From assembly GCA_946621195.1 (NCBI GenBank), contig CAMOOH010000001.1:1065-65064 (forward strand): DNA of 64,000 nucleotides, in the 5' to 3' direction. Every line of letters begins with the position of its first letter. Position 1 is the stretch's first letter. Shown one piece after another: positions 37,373 to 46,774 of this stretch. The stretch comes from an uncultured Lachnospiraceae bacterium (GTDB taxonomy: Bacteria; Bacillota; Clostridia; Lachnospirales; Lachnospiraceae). Made by a program: the position numbers and the translations under genes. The notes below the pieces were generated by a model. The model was not told the origin of the DNA and did not search any database. It saw only the letters and a list, made by a program, of their open reading frames with translations.

Positions 37373-37816
37373 TTAAGTAACTATATCCAACAATAGTCCT
37401 CTGATCTCGTCAACCTTGTCAAGTATGGCTATGGCATCCTTCTCATCCTTTATCAGCTCACCTGCCAACTCATCCAGCGCGGCATCCACCCTCTTTATCA
37501 TACCGTATACTCTGTGGCGGCCTCTCCTGTCCAGGAAATTCTCCCTGGAAAACTTGTGCGACCTGTTCACAACCTCGTTCAAAAACTCCTTGATCAGAGC
37601 TCTGTAATGCTTCATGTCGCGTATGTCCATGCGCTTTCCGAGCTTCTTGCCCTGCTGGGTTATCTCCTTCATCATCCCCTCAAGGCGCTCCGCCAGACCG
37701 TCCTCCTCGATCTTGCTCATGAGAGTAAAGCGGAACTCATCATCCGAGGTTCTTGCCTGTCTTGCCTCCGTCGTCTGATTAATCTGCTGTGTGGCATCTA
37801 TGCGGATCTGTTCCAT
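37373..37816 (-). CDS. yaaR: YaaR (DUF327) family protein
   Basis: 147 aa and helical. It sits directly upstream of holB, as in B. subtilis. Confidence 0.7.
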   Translation of the reverse strand: MEQIRIDATQQINQTTEARQARTSDDEFRFTLMSKIEEDGLAERLEGMMKEITQQGKKLGKRMDIRDMKHYRALIKEFLNEVVNRSHKFSRENFLDRRGRHRVYGMIKRVDAALDELAGELIKDEKDAIAILDKVDEIRGLLLDIVT

Positions 37817-37861
37817 AGCCTCACCTCCCGGTGCATTTCATACCCATATGATAACACATTT

Positions 37862-38572
37862 TTACAAATACTGCAACATCATCTGTTCTATATTGGCAAG
37901 CGCTTTTTCCAGATCATCGTTTACGATGGCGTGATCGATCCCCGCGGATACCAACTTTTCCTCGGAAAAATCCTGTTCATCGGCAAGAAACCTCCTGCAG
38001 ACCTCGGCAACACAGGGCTTCTTCTCCTTCCTCTCGCGGTTTAGCGCCCGCTCTATCCTCACCATGTCATCTACCTCTATGTATATCGGTATGACCTTGT
38101 CCTTGCCAAAGTAGTCCCTTACCCCCTCATAACCCTCGAGGGTAGTTATCATGATGTGATTCTCCTCGCCCGTGAGCTGGTCATCATCGACCGTAAAATA
38201 ATACCAATCGCCTCTCACCGTGTGGTAGCAGCGCGACTCGATGACCCTGCCCTCTCCTTCAAGCGAGCGCATGGTCTCCTCGTCCACAAAGTGATACTCC
38301 TCCCCATCTCTCTCGCCCTCGCGTATGGGTCTCGTAGTATATGGGATCACGGGAGATATCTCAGGGTGATCACGCAGCAGGCGGGCATAGATCGTGTCCT
38401 TGCCCGTCGCACTTTTTCCCATTACTATAAAAATCCTGCCCTTCAACTCATCACCTTCCCAAGCAAATACGACCGTTTCCGATCCGGTGTCAACTCCGAG
38501 CGGCGGCGACATCAGCCGCACGACCGGCTTTATGCATCCTCCGCACGACCTGCCTACAGCGACATCAGCCAC
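37862..38572 (-). CDS. Guanylate kinase-like protein occupying the tmk slot
   Basis: P-loop GKSATGKDT and the GK signature YTTRPIREGERDGEEYHFV. A ~45-aa N-terminal extension overlaps the upstream gene by 19 nt, so the true start is uncertain. Confidence 0.7.
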   Translation of the reverse strand: MADVAVGRSCGGCIKPVVRLMSPPLGVDTGSETVVFAWEGDELKGRIFIVMGKSATGKDTIYARLLRDHPEISPVIPYTTRPIREGERDGEEYHFVDEETMRSLEGEGRVIESRCYHTVRGDWYYFTVDDDQLTGEENHIMITTLEGYEGVRDYFGKDKVIPIYIEVDDMVRIERALNRERKEKKPCVAEVCRRFLADEQDFSEEKLVSAGIDHAIVNDDLEKALANIEQMMLQYL

Positions 38573-39684
38573 GCGGCAACTCTCTCGAGATGCGCCGCCT
38601 CATCGGCAGGCGATGTCATGAGTATCAGTCTCGTATCCTCGACTCTTTCCGGCTCTATGCCGTAGCTTCTAAGAGACGCTTCAAGCTCCGCGCCGTCTCC
38701 GCACACTACTATCTTCGAGGGATCCCTGTTTTCGGGTCCCAGAACGATTCCTCTTCTTTTTCTTCCCCTTCTCTTCTCATCCACCTTATCGACCGCGTCA
38801 TATATCTTTTTCAAACGGTCGTCATACAGCTTAAAGTGCTTTGTCCCCTCGCACTCCTGCCACTCCATGCACTGATCCATGGACGACATCAGGACATACG
38901 ACGGCGAGCTGGTTATGAACACATCATGCCACTTCATCACCGTGTCGTCACTGACACGCTCCGTACAGCGGTGAAGCACCGAGGTCTGTGTCAGCGCAGG
39001 TAGAGTTTTGTGAAGGCTCTCTATCACGAGATCAGCTCCGAGCGCACAGGGGCTCTCAGGCCAATCAAGCTTTGTTCCATCGGTCCTTGCGGCAAGCCTT
39101 AAATGAGCTCCGTGGGCAGCATCAACTATCAATATCGCACCATAGGGATGCACCACATCCGCGATCCCCCGTATGTCGCTTACGACTCCCTCATAGGTCG
39201 GCGAGGTGATAACTATGGCTGCGGGCGGACGCCCTGCCGAGGTGAGGTGTCTGAACATCTCCTGCACATCCGAAGGTCTTATCGGTCCCGGGATCTGTGA
39301 GACATGGTCAAAGTCGGGTCTTACCACCCTGACGCTTTTCAGCCCCAGAAGCTCCTCCGAATTTGTCACCGAGCGGTGTGAATTGGCATCGATCACGATC
39401 ACGTCAGAGCGCCTTGTAGACGACGCTATCGCTATCATGTTCGCCGAGGTCGAGCCGTTGACGCACAGATATGTATCCCTGGTGTCATAAAAATCGCGAA
39501 ACCTGTTCATCAGCCGCCTTATCTCACCCGTGGGATGATGCAGATCATCCATCCCCTCCACCTCGGTGATATCGATGGAATACGGATTGTCCATGACAAA
39601 GGCGGGATTTCTCTTGTGTCCCGGCATATGCATCGGCACTATACCGCGGCTTACATATCTTCGCAGCGAGTCGTAAAGTCCCAT
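38554..39684 (-). CDS. PLP-dependent Orn/Lys/Arg decarboxylase-family protein (YaaO-like, short form)
   Basis: N-terminal MPGHKRN, fold-type I blocks (SPTYEGV, DAAHGAH, SLHKTLP with the PLP Lys), 376 aa. Confidence 0.8.
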   Translation of the reverse strand: MGLYDSLRRYVSRGIVPMHMPGHKRNPAFVMDNPYSIDITEVEGMDDLHHPTGEIRRLMNRFRDFYDTRDTYLCVNGSTSANMIAIASSTRRSDVIVIDANSHRSVTNSEELLGLKSVRVVRPDFDHVSQIPGPIRPSDVQEMFRHLTSAGRPPAAIVITSPTYEGVVSDIRGIADVVHPYGAILIVDAAHGAHLRLAARTDGTKLDWPESPCALGADLVIESLHKTLPALTQTSVLHRCTERVSDDTVMKWHDVFITSSPSYVLMSSMDQCMEWQECEGTKHFKLYDDRLKKIYDAVDKVDEKRRGRKRRGIVLGPENRDPSKIVVCGDGAELEASLRSYGIEPERVEDTRLILMTSPADEAAHLERVAAWLMSL

Positions 39685-39695
39685 TCGCGACCTCC

Positions 39696-41072
39696 CTAAG
39701 CTTTAGCCTGATCTCCCTTATCCTTAAACTTCTCCCTTATCTGCTTTCTCACGTGCAGATACAGGAAAAATGCAAATAATCCCGTCAGCACCCATGCCGA
39801 AGAATCAGCAGCTGCTGCGAGCAGGTACGACCCGAGCAGTATGGACAGTCCCGCCGTGGTGAGCCTTGCCACAAGCTCCACTACACCCAGCGATATCGCG
39901 AGCATCCCCCTGCCGCAGCCCTGGATCGTATTTCTGTAGACAAATATCATACTAAGTGTGATATACGTCGCAACGCACATATAAAAATAGGGCTTTGCCC
40001 ACGGCATGTACGGCGCTATATCCACTCCCGAATCAAAAAATATACTCATGAGCACAGGCAGAAGCGGTATGCCCACGACACCGACGATCACGCAATACAC
40101 AACGCTTATCTTCATCGCATCCTTGGTTCCCTGATGTATCCTCTCCACATCCGCCTTGCCGTAGTTTTGCCCTGCGTAGGATGCACAGGTCTGCCCTATC
40201 GCCATCATGCCCTGCGTGAGCAGTCCTCCGACCTTGCTCGCCGCGGTAAACCCGGTCACCGCGACCGAACCGAACTGATTGACAGCAGTCTGCATGACCA
40301 TGGTCCCCGATGCGGTGATACCAAACTGCAGCCCCATCGGTATACCTATGTAGAGCTGCTGCCTTATATAATTTTTCTTGGGTCTCCAATGCCTTTTTTC
40401 CGGTCTCAGCACATCAGCCCTTTTGTAAATATATATAATACAAAAAACCGCCGAAAACGCCTGAGAGAGATTGGTCGCCCATGCCGCCCCTGCCACGCCC
40501 ATCTTCATAACAAGTATGAACAAAAGGTCGAGCGCTATATTGAGCGTCGCCGATATGACAAGCGCTACCAGCGGTATCCGGCTGTTGCCTATGGCTCTTA
40601 AAAATGCCGAAAAAAGATTGAAAAAAACTATTGAAAAAATACCCTTACATATGGTCGTTATATATGTGTAAGCATCATCGTATATATCCGCCGGCGTATT
40701 CATCAGATGCAGCAGCGGATGCATGACCAAAAGTGTAAGGATCGTCATAAAGCTAAGTATCACCACCGATAAAAATATACCGTTTGTAAATGAGAACCTC
40801 GTACCGTCCTCATCACCCGCTCCGTACCTCTGGCTTGTGAGCACGGTAAAGCCCGTTGCCATACCGTTGCAAAGTCCTATCACAAGAAAAAATATGGTAC
40901 CCGTCGAGCCTACCGCTGCAAGCGCACCGCTCCCCACGTAGCGGCCGACTATGATCGTATCGACCATATTATACAGCTGCTGGAAAATATTACCAAACAA
41001 AAGAGGGATCATAAACCGCAGCATCAAGGTCAGCGGGCGTCCCTCAGTCATTCGTGTATCCATATTCCACAC
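39696..41072 (-). CDS. MATE family efflux transporter
   Basis: 458 aa and 12 TM segments. The N-terminal PLLFGNIFQQLYNMVDTIIVGRYVG block is typical of MATE/NorM proteins. Confidence 0.9.
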   Translation of the reverse strand: MWNMDTRMTEGRPLTLMLRFMIPLLFGNIFQQLYNMVDTIIVGRYVGSGALAAVGSTGTIFFLVIGLCNGMATGFTVLTSQRYGAGDEDGTRFSFTNGIFLSVVILSFMTILTLLVMHPLLHLMNTPADIYDDAYTYITTICKGIFSIVFFNLFSAFLRAIGNSRIPLVALVISATLNIALDLLFILVMKMGVAGAAWATNLSQAFSAVFCIIYIYKRADVLRPEKRHWRPKKNYIRQQLYIGIPMGLQFGITASGTMVMQTAVNQFGSVAVTGFTAASKVGGLLTQGMMAIGQTCASYAGQNYGKADVERIHQGTKDAMKISVVYCVIVGVVGIPLLPVLMSIFFDSGVDIAPYMPWAKPYFYMCVATYITLSMIFVYRNTIQGCGRGMLAISLGVVELVARLTTAGLSILLGSYLLAAAADSSAWVLTGLFAFFLYLHVRKQIREKFKDKGDQAKA

Positions 41073-41094
41073 CCCTTCATAAGCTATAGGTATA

Positions 41095-41976
41095 TCACTT
41101 CAGATCCGAGTATATCTTATGACACGCCAGGCAAACAATTGTCATATACAGAATATCCAAAACTATAACTACAGGCGCCGCTCCCGTAAAGAATCCCATC
41201 TGAAGTAAAAACAGTGGAAGATATGCCAATATCTGAAGTATGATCGCCAACGGTACCATAAGTCTTCTGTAAATAACAAACGGAGGCGTCGCGGCGGGAT
41301 CATTTTTCATCCTCTTCAACGTCTCTGCGGGAAGTATATCCTTTGGCTCATGCAGCCCGGTATATATAAATACTCCGAGCGCTATGTGCATACACATGGC
41401 AGCTACCTGGGATACTCCGTCAAGGATTATCCTGTACACGGGCTCCGCTGCCTGAAGAGCTATCACCGACGCCTGTGAGGCACGCTGAGCCGTATCGGTT
41501 ATGCTGCTCAAATATGCCTCGATGCCGGAGCCGTTTACGGTATAGGCTATGGCGAGATAGGTTATCGCCGAAACCCCTCCGTATATGAAGCAATACAGTC
41601 CCGACTTACCCAGCACCATGAAAAACATGTTCTCCTTCTCGATGCGGTCTCCCATGGTATATCTTAGCGCGATATACGTGGAAAACTGTATCAGAAAGCC
41701 GTTTACTACCGCAGCATAGAGTGCCGCGTATACCGGGTGTACATTCGAGTCAAACAGCCCCTGTAGTCCGAGCAGCACGAGAAAGAACATATCGACCACG
41801 GTGCGCCCGACAACTATAAGCAAAAGAGACACACCTGTCCCGATAAAATATGAGGACAGCTTTGCCTTCTTTGACATAAAATAAAATACAAAAAACAATA
41901 TGGGTGTAAGTATGCAAAGCACCACCGTGGTCCACAGTCCCGCTATCGCGGAATCCGGAAATATCACCTGTTCCAT
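41095..41976 (-). CDS. Hypothetical polytopic membrane protein (possibly YhfC-like)
   Basis: 293 aa with ~8 hydrophobic segments. I see no diagnostic catalytic motif. Confidence 0.6.
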   Translation of the reverse strand: MEQVIFPDSAIAGLWTTVVLCILTPILFFVFYFMSKKAKLSSYFIGTGVSLLLIVVGRTVVDMFFLVLLGLQGLFDSNVHPVYAALYAAVVNGFLIQFSTYIALRYTMGDRIEKENMFFMVLGKSGLYCFIYGGVSAITYLAIAYTVNGSGIEAYLSSITDTAQRASQASVIALQAAEPVYRIILDGVSQVAAMCMHIALGVFIYTGLHEPKDILPAETLKRMKNDPAATPPFVIYRRLMVPLAIILQILAYLPLFLLQMGFFTGAAPVVIVLDILYMTIVCLACHKIYSDLK

Positions 41977-41979
41977 ATA

Positions 41980-42594
41980 TCAACTCCACCAATTGTAATC
42001 CGAGCCGTAGTTGCTCCACTGATCTATATTTTTAAAATAATCCTGAAGTCTTCCCTCTCTGAAAGCCTCCATAAATCCGACAAACGCGCCTGAAGCCATA
42101 AATATGATAACGCTGAGTACGGATATCACTATGCCGACTATACCAAGCACTATACCCGCAGTTGCCATGCCGGGATTGTTCTCCTTTTTCTTGGAGCTCA
42201 TACCGACACATATGGCAGCTATACCGCAGCCTACTCCGAGAAGACACGTGCAGCAGCACACGACTGATACTATACCGAGTATAAGCGATATCACCGCATT
42301 TGGAGCGCTCTTGGTCACTGACGGCTTATACTGCTGTTGATAGTATCCCTGCTGAGGCTGATCCTGATACTGTCCTGCCTGATTCTCTGCCGCGCCGTTT
42401 GGCTGTGGCTGAGGCTCTGCCTGCATATCGGGCTGTGCCTGCTCCTGTCCAGCAACAGCAGACTCGGCATTTTCGACAGCCTGCTTGATCTCCTCGTTTT
42501 CTCTTATGACCTCCTCGGGCACTATCGGCAGTCCGCAACTCCTGCAAAACTTTGCCCCTTCTTCATTCTCTGCTCCGCAGCTTTTGCAAAACAT
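41980..42594 (-). CDS. Zinc-ribbon / DUF4190-type membrane protein
   Basis: N-terminal CKSCGAENEEGAKFCRSCG zinc ribbon, a Gln/Pro-rich linker and two C-terminal TM segments (LILGIVSVVCCC...GIVLGIVGIVISV). GGAGG lies 7 nt upstream of the ATG at 42594. Confidence 0.7.
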   Translation of the reverse strand: MFCKSCGAENEEGAKFCRSCGLPIVPEEVIRENEEIKQAVENAESAVAGQEQAQPDMQAEPQPQPNGAAENQAGQYQDQPQQGYYQQQYKPSVTKSAPNAVISLILGIVSVVCCCTCLLGVGCGIAAICVGMSSKKKENNPGMATAGIVLGIVGIVISVLSVIIFMASGAFVGFMEAFREGRLQDYFKNIDQWSNYGSDYNWWS

Positions 42595-42704
42595 ATACAT
42601 ACCTCCATCTGTTTTATTACATCTGTTTACAGCTTCCTCTTATATGAAAGCACTGATATCATCAGTGTTTTCTGCCTTTGATCTCTTACAATACCTTCGA
42701 TCTC

Positions 42705-43463
42705 TTACAGCACCTTTGAGAGAAATTCCTTAAGCCTCGGATCCCTCGGGTCATCAAAAAACTCACCCGGAGGACGATCCTCCTTTATCCTTCCCTCATC
42801 TATAAAAATGACCCTGTTGGCGACCTCCTTGGCAAAGCCCATCTCATGTGTGACGATGATCATGGTCATGCCCTCGTTCGCCAGCTCCTTCATAAGATCC
42901 AAGACCTCGCCGACCATCTCGGGATCGAGCGCCGATGTCGGCTCGTCAAAAAGAATCACATCAGGATTCATGGCAAGAGCCCTGACTATCGCGACCCTCT
43001 GCTTTTGTCCTCCCGAAAGGGTCGAGGGATACGCTCCCGCCTTGTCCTCCAGTCCGATCCTCTCGAGAAGCTCCATGGCGTTGGTGTTTTCCTCCGCCAT
43101 TATCATTTTTCTTGATTTTTTATCAAACTTTTTGTCGCTGTGTGTCCTGACATATATCGGTGCTAGCGATATGTTTTGCAGCACCGTTTTGTTGTTGAAC
43201 AGGTTGAAATGCTGAAACACCATCCCCATATGTCTTCTGTGGATATTGATATCCACACTCATATCCGCTATGTCCACACCGTTGAATATGATCTGTCCCC
43301 CGTCCGGATCCTCCATACAGTTGAGACAGCGCAAAAATGTCGACTTGCCCGAGCCCGATGGTCCGGTGATCACGACGATATCGCCTTTATTTACATGAAG
43401 ATCAATTCCGTCCAAGACCCTTACGCCGTTAAAGTCCTTTTTAAGATCAATTACGTCTATCAC
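42705..43463 (-). CDS. Amino acid ABC transporter ATP-binding protein (GlnQ-like)
   Basis: [34 protein letters not shown]. Confidence 0.92.
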   Translation of the reverse strand: MIDVIDLKKDFNGVRVLDGIDLHVNKGDIVVITGPSGSGKSTFLRCLNCMEDPDGGQIIFNGVDIADMSVDINIHRRHMGMVFQHFNLFNNKTVLQNISLAPIYVRTHSDKKFDKKSRKMIMAEENTNAMELLERIGLEDKAGAYPSTLSGGQKQRVAIVRALAMNPDVILFDEPTSALDPEMVGEVLDLMKELANEGMTMIIVTHEMGFAKEVANRVIFIDEGRIKEDRPPGEFFDDPRDPRLKEFLSKVL

Positions 43464-44157
43464 TTTTTCTCAGGCTCCTTTCCATAAAATGTATACCGAT
43501 ACTGATGATCACCACCAGCACGATATATATTGCCGCCATCACAAGGTAAGGAACCATGAATTCATAGCTGTTGGTACCGATATAGTTAAACGCGGTATAC
43601 AGATCGGTAGCACCGACAAAGCTTACGACCGACGTATCCTTGATCAGCATGATAAATTCATTACCGAGAGTAGGCAGTATATTTTTCACCGCCTGGGGTA
43701 TAACGATCAGCCTCATGGTCGTAACAAAGCTTAGGCCTACCGCGCGCCCCGCCTCCATCTGACCCGGGTCTACGGAAAGTATCCCGCTTCGCATGATCTC
43801 TGATACATATGCTCCGGAGTTCAGCCCGAATACAAGTATCGACACATTGACCGGAGACATCTTCGCCCCGAGTACGGGGAGCAGCACATAATACATGATC
43901 AGAAGCTGTACGACCATCGGAGTGCCTCTGAACAGTCCGACATAAAAGCTGCAGAACCCGTTCAGTATACGCATAATGAGCTTATACTTCGGCGCGACCC
44001 TGACAGCCGCTATGATCATGCCTATAAGTGTGCCTATTATCAGACCGACGACCGCTATGATAAGCGTGTTCCTCAGCCCCTCAAGCACCTTATCCGATCC
44101 GCCGTAATTAATAAAAATATCAACAAATTGATCCCACTTTTGTCCGAAATCACCCAT
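43447..44157 (-). CDS. Amino acid ABC transporter permease (His/Glu/Gln/Arg family)
   Basis: 236 aa with the EAA-loop region [23 protein letters not shown]. It overlaps the ATPase gene by 17 nt. Confidence 0.9.
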   Translation of the reverse strand: MGDFGQKWDQFVDIFINYGGSDKVLEGLRNTLIIAVVGLIIGTLIGMIIAAVRVAPKYKLIMRILNGFCSFYVGLFRGTPMVVQLLIMYYVLLPVLGAKMSPVNVSILVFGLNSGAYVSEIMRSGILSVDPGQMEAGRAVGLSFVTTMRLIVIPQAVKNILPTLGNEFIMLIKDTSVVSFVGATDLYTAFNYIGTNSYEFMVPYLVMAAIYIVLVVIISIGIHFMERSLRKSDRRN

Positions 44158-44192
44158 GCTACAAAGCTCCTATCACAATACCGTTTCTACTG

Positions 44193-45071
44193 TCAATTCA
44201 TGGAATTGAGTGCATCCGTGATACACTTCGCGGGTGCGGAATCTATGATCACATAGTCGATATTTCCGTTGATCATATCCTGACATGCCAGTGACCCGTT
44301 CTTGTATCCGACGGTCGAGACCGGAAGCTTCTCAAATCCGGCTTCCTCATCTCCCTCGCAGTACATCTTTCCGGTAGTACCGTTTTGCACACCGATCTTT
44401 ACCGACGAATCCTTTGCCATCAGCGCGGCATTTATGGAGGCTGCATCCTTCATGGCATCGAACTCGGTATCATCCCCTTTTACGATAAGTCGCTGGGATG
44501 CATTATAATAGGGATCTGTAAACTCAACATACTTCCTGCGCGACTCCTTTATCGTGAGACCGCTCATGGCAATGTCGCATTTGTGCTGACCTATGGAAAG
44601 GCAGACAGCATCAAAATCCATGTTCTGTATGACAAGCTCCTTGCCAAGCTTCTTGGCAAGAGCATCAGCTATCTCCATATCGATACCGAGGTACTTGTCA
44701 CCCTTGGTATACTCAAACGGCTCGAAGCCCGCGTTGGTTGCCACAACGAGCTGATCCTTTGATTCATCCGGTGCAGCGGATGTGACCGCTACCGGCTCCC
44801 CATCACCGAAATAGTGATTGCATATCTCGTCAAACTTACCGTTAGATACTATCTCCTTGATAAAATCGTTGGTTTGTTTAAGCAGCTCCGGCTGATCCTT
44901 GTCTACGCCAAAGGCATACTCCTCACTTGAAAGGTCGACATCGATCACCTTAAGCGCTTTACCTGAGGTTTCTCCCTGATCCTTACCTTCCGAGCCTCCG
45001 CATCCTGTCATAAGCATCACACTCATCAGCGCCATAAGCATGATGGCGCCTGTCTTTTTTAATACTTTCAT
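44193..45071 (-). CDS. Amino acid ABC transporter substrate-binding lipoprotein
   Basis: GGAGGA lies 7 nt upstream of the ATG at 45071. Signal peptide with lipobox LMTGC and a family-3 SBP core (GFEPFEY..., DIAMSGLTI). Confidence 0.88.
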   Translation of the reverse strand: MKVLKKTGAIMLMALMSVMLMTGCGGSEGKDQGETSGKALKVIDVDLSSEEYAFGVDKDQPELLKQTNDFIKEIVSNGKFDEICNHYFGDGEPVAVTSAAPDESKDQLVVATNAGFEPFEYTKGDKYLGIDMEIADALAKKLGKELVIQNMDFDAVCLSIGQHKCDIAMSGLTIKESRRKYVEFTDPYYNASQRLIVKGDDTEFDAMKDAASINAALMAKDSSVKIGVQNGTTGKMYCEGDEEAGFEKLPVSTVGYKNGSLACQDMINGNIDYVIIDSAPAKCITDALNSMN

Positions 45072-45131
45072 CTTTTTTTCCTCCATTATTTTCCTTGAAG
45101 ATACATGCATCCGAAATTCCGAATGGTAACA

Positions 45132-45160
45132 ATTATAACACATATTCATCACAGTAGCAA
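45132..45160 (-). promoter_or_regulatory. Promoter of the amino-acid ABC operon TTGCTA-17-TGtTATAAT
   Basis: The minus strand has TTGCTA (45160-45155), a 17-nt spacer and TATAAT (45137-45132) with an upstream TG. Confidence 0.6.
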
Positions 45161-45190
45161 GGAAAAGATTTTACGCCACTGTCAGTCAGC

Positions 45191-45215
45191 GGAGCGCCGG
45201 ATCGACCGGTGCTCC
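45191..45215 (-). terminator. GC-rich hairpin after the rsmF-like gene (possible terminator, no U-tract)
   Basis: GGAGCGCCGG-ATCGA-CCGGTGCTCC with one G-U pair. It lies between the rsmF-like stop and the ABC operon promoter. Confidence 0.3.
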
Positions 45216-45226
45216 CTTAAGGGCTG

Positions 45227-46744
45227 CTACATCAATCTCCACCCGGGATGATATTTGTTCTTCAGCAGTGTTTTCGTCAGCTTCCCCCAGCCCAGAGGGT
45301 AGCCGTCAACACAGACCAGCACGTATCCGTCAGAGCCGCACTCGTCAGGCTGCACCCTTACAGACTCCCCCTTCAGATATCTGATGACTCTCTCGTCATC
45401 CGCATCCATATTCAGGGTATTCCTATACTCATCCTTCCTAAGCGCCATCGCAAGCGCCTGTGACGGTTCAAATCTGTTTTTTTTGCACTCCCCCAAAAAC
45501 AAACCCTTTCGTATGAACCTAAGCCCCCTCACATCCGGCATATCACCTGTATTTCCATACAGCATGCCCTCATGTGACTCGATCAGCGCAGGATCCGGCT
45601 CCCATATAAGTCCCGATGCAAACTCGCTCCACGCCCCTGACTCATCCTTGTTCATCCTTCCGGACCTGTTCGATCTGCCGGCAGTATCCCTTTTCCTGTC
45701 TGATCTCCTTCGGGAGCCATTCGCCTCGTGTCCCGGTCCGTCATAAGGCTTACCTTCCGTCTGACCACCTGCAATATCCGCCTTGTGAAACAGCGCCAGA
45801 AAATGTCCCTCGCCCTCCATCCTATGAGGAAATATCCTGGCACACTTTTTCAGGTCAGCTATGCCTCCTTCGACCGCCTCCGGCATACCGCTTACAAAGC
45901 CGTCGTACCACTCGATGTCCGCGAGTGACAGGGTCGGATCCTCACTAAGTATCTTCATCACCGTTCCCTCATCCTCGACAGGAGAGAAGGTACATGTGGA
46001 ATACAAAAGATATCCTCCCGGTGCAAGCATCGGAAGCGCATGCGAAACTATGTCATACTGCATCGCGGCGTACTGCGCGGGGGAATCCGGCGTCCACGAC
46101 TTCACCATGTCGGGATCCTTGCGAAACATACCCTCACCCGAGCACGGAGCATCGATAAGTATCTTGTTAAAATACCCCTTAAAATACTGTTCAAGCTTCT
46201 GCGGATATTCGGTCGTTATTATCGCATTTTTAACACCGAATAATTCGATATTTTTTTGCAATGCCTTCGCACGCTTTACGCTTATATCATTTGTTATTAT
46301 TATGCCCTGCCTACCGTCATTATGTAGGCGCTTATCCTCCGGTCCATTGTCGTAGGATTTGCCTGTCATAAGTCTCGCCGCGAGCTCCGTCGACTTTCCT
46401 CCCGGAGCCGCACACAGATCAAGCACCCTGTCCCCGGGGGCTATCGGCAGTCTCGATGCGGGAGTCATGGCAGAGGGATCCTGCAGATAGTAAAGACCGG
46501 CGAAGTAATAGGGATGCTTCGCCGGTTTATACATATCGCCGTCATAATAATAACCGTTATTTATATACGGTATTTTTTTTATCGGAAAGGGGGCTATCCT
46601 TTCAAACTCTTCGGGAGTTATTTTCAGGGTATTTACCCTGAGTCCATACAGCCTCGGCTTTTCAAACGCCCTTATATAATCAGGGTAATCCTCCTTCAAA
46701 AGGCGCTTCATATTCTCCAGATATTCATCGGGTAACGATATCAA
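45227..46744 (-). CDS. NOL1/NOP2/Sun-family rRNA cytosine-C5 methyltransferase (RsmF/RsmB-like) with C-terminal PUA-like region
   Basis: SAM site DLCAAPGGKS, catalytic DAPCSGEGMFRK and YSTCTF. Basic low-complexity insert at aa ~325-370. Confidence 0.85.
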   Translation of the reverse strand: MISLPDEYLENMKRLLKEDYPDYIRAFEKPRLYGLRVNTLKITPEEFERIAPFPIKKIPYINNGYYYDGDMYKPAKHPYYFAGLYYLQDPSAMTPASRLPIAPGDRVLDLCAAPGGKSTELAARLMTGKSYDNGPEDKRLHNDGRQGIIITNDISVKRAKALQKNIELFGVKNAIITTEYPQKLEQYFKGYFNKILIDAPCSGEGMFRKDPDMVKSWTPDSPAQYAAMQYDIVSHALPMLAPGGYLLYSTCTFSPVEDEGTVMKILSEDPTLSLADIEWYDGFVSGMPEAVEGGIADLKKCARIFPHRMEGEGHFLALFHKADIAGGQTEGKPYDGPGHEANGSRRRSDRKRDTAGRSNRSGRMNKDESGAWSEFASGLIWEPDPALIESHEGMLYGNTGDMPDVRGLRFIRKGLFLGECKKNRFEPSQALAMALRKDEYRNTLNMDADDERVIRYLKGESVRVQPDECGSDGYVLVCVDGYPLGWGKLTKTLLKNKYHPGWRLM

Positions 46745-46774
46745 CTCCTGCCTCCAATCACATCTAGGGATCCA

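Noticed and set aside
45090-45110. Recurrence of TTCGGATG in the ABC-operon leader as well as at 25605 and 25635
   Set aside because: An 8-mer is expected about twice by chance in 128 kb of two-stranded sequence. Only the 12-nt pair at 25602/25632 is retained as meaningful.
45635-45772. Suspected frameshift or pseudogene in the rsmF-like gene (basic low-complexity stretch RRRSDRKRDTAGRSNRSGR), and a similar charged insert in tatD (~55610-55710)
   Set aside because: Reading frames stay open, and the conserved motifs on both sides are in the same frame. I interpret these as lineage-specific surface-loop insertions, not disruptions.
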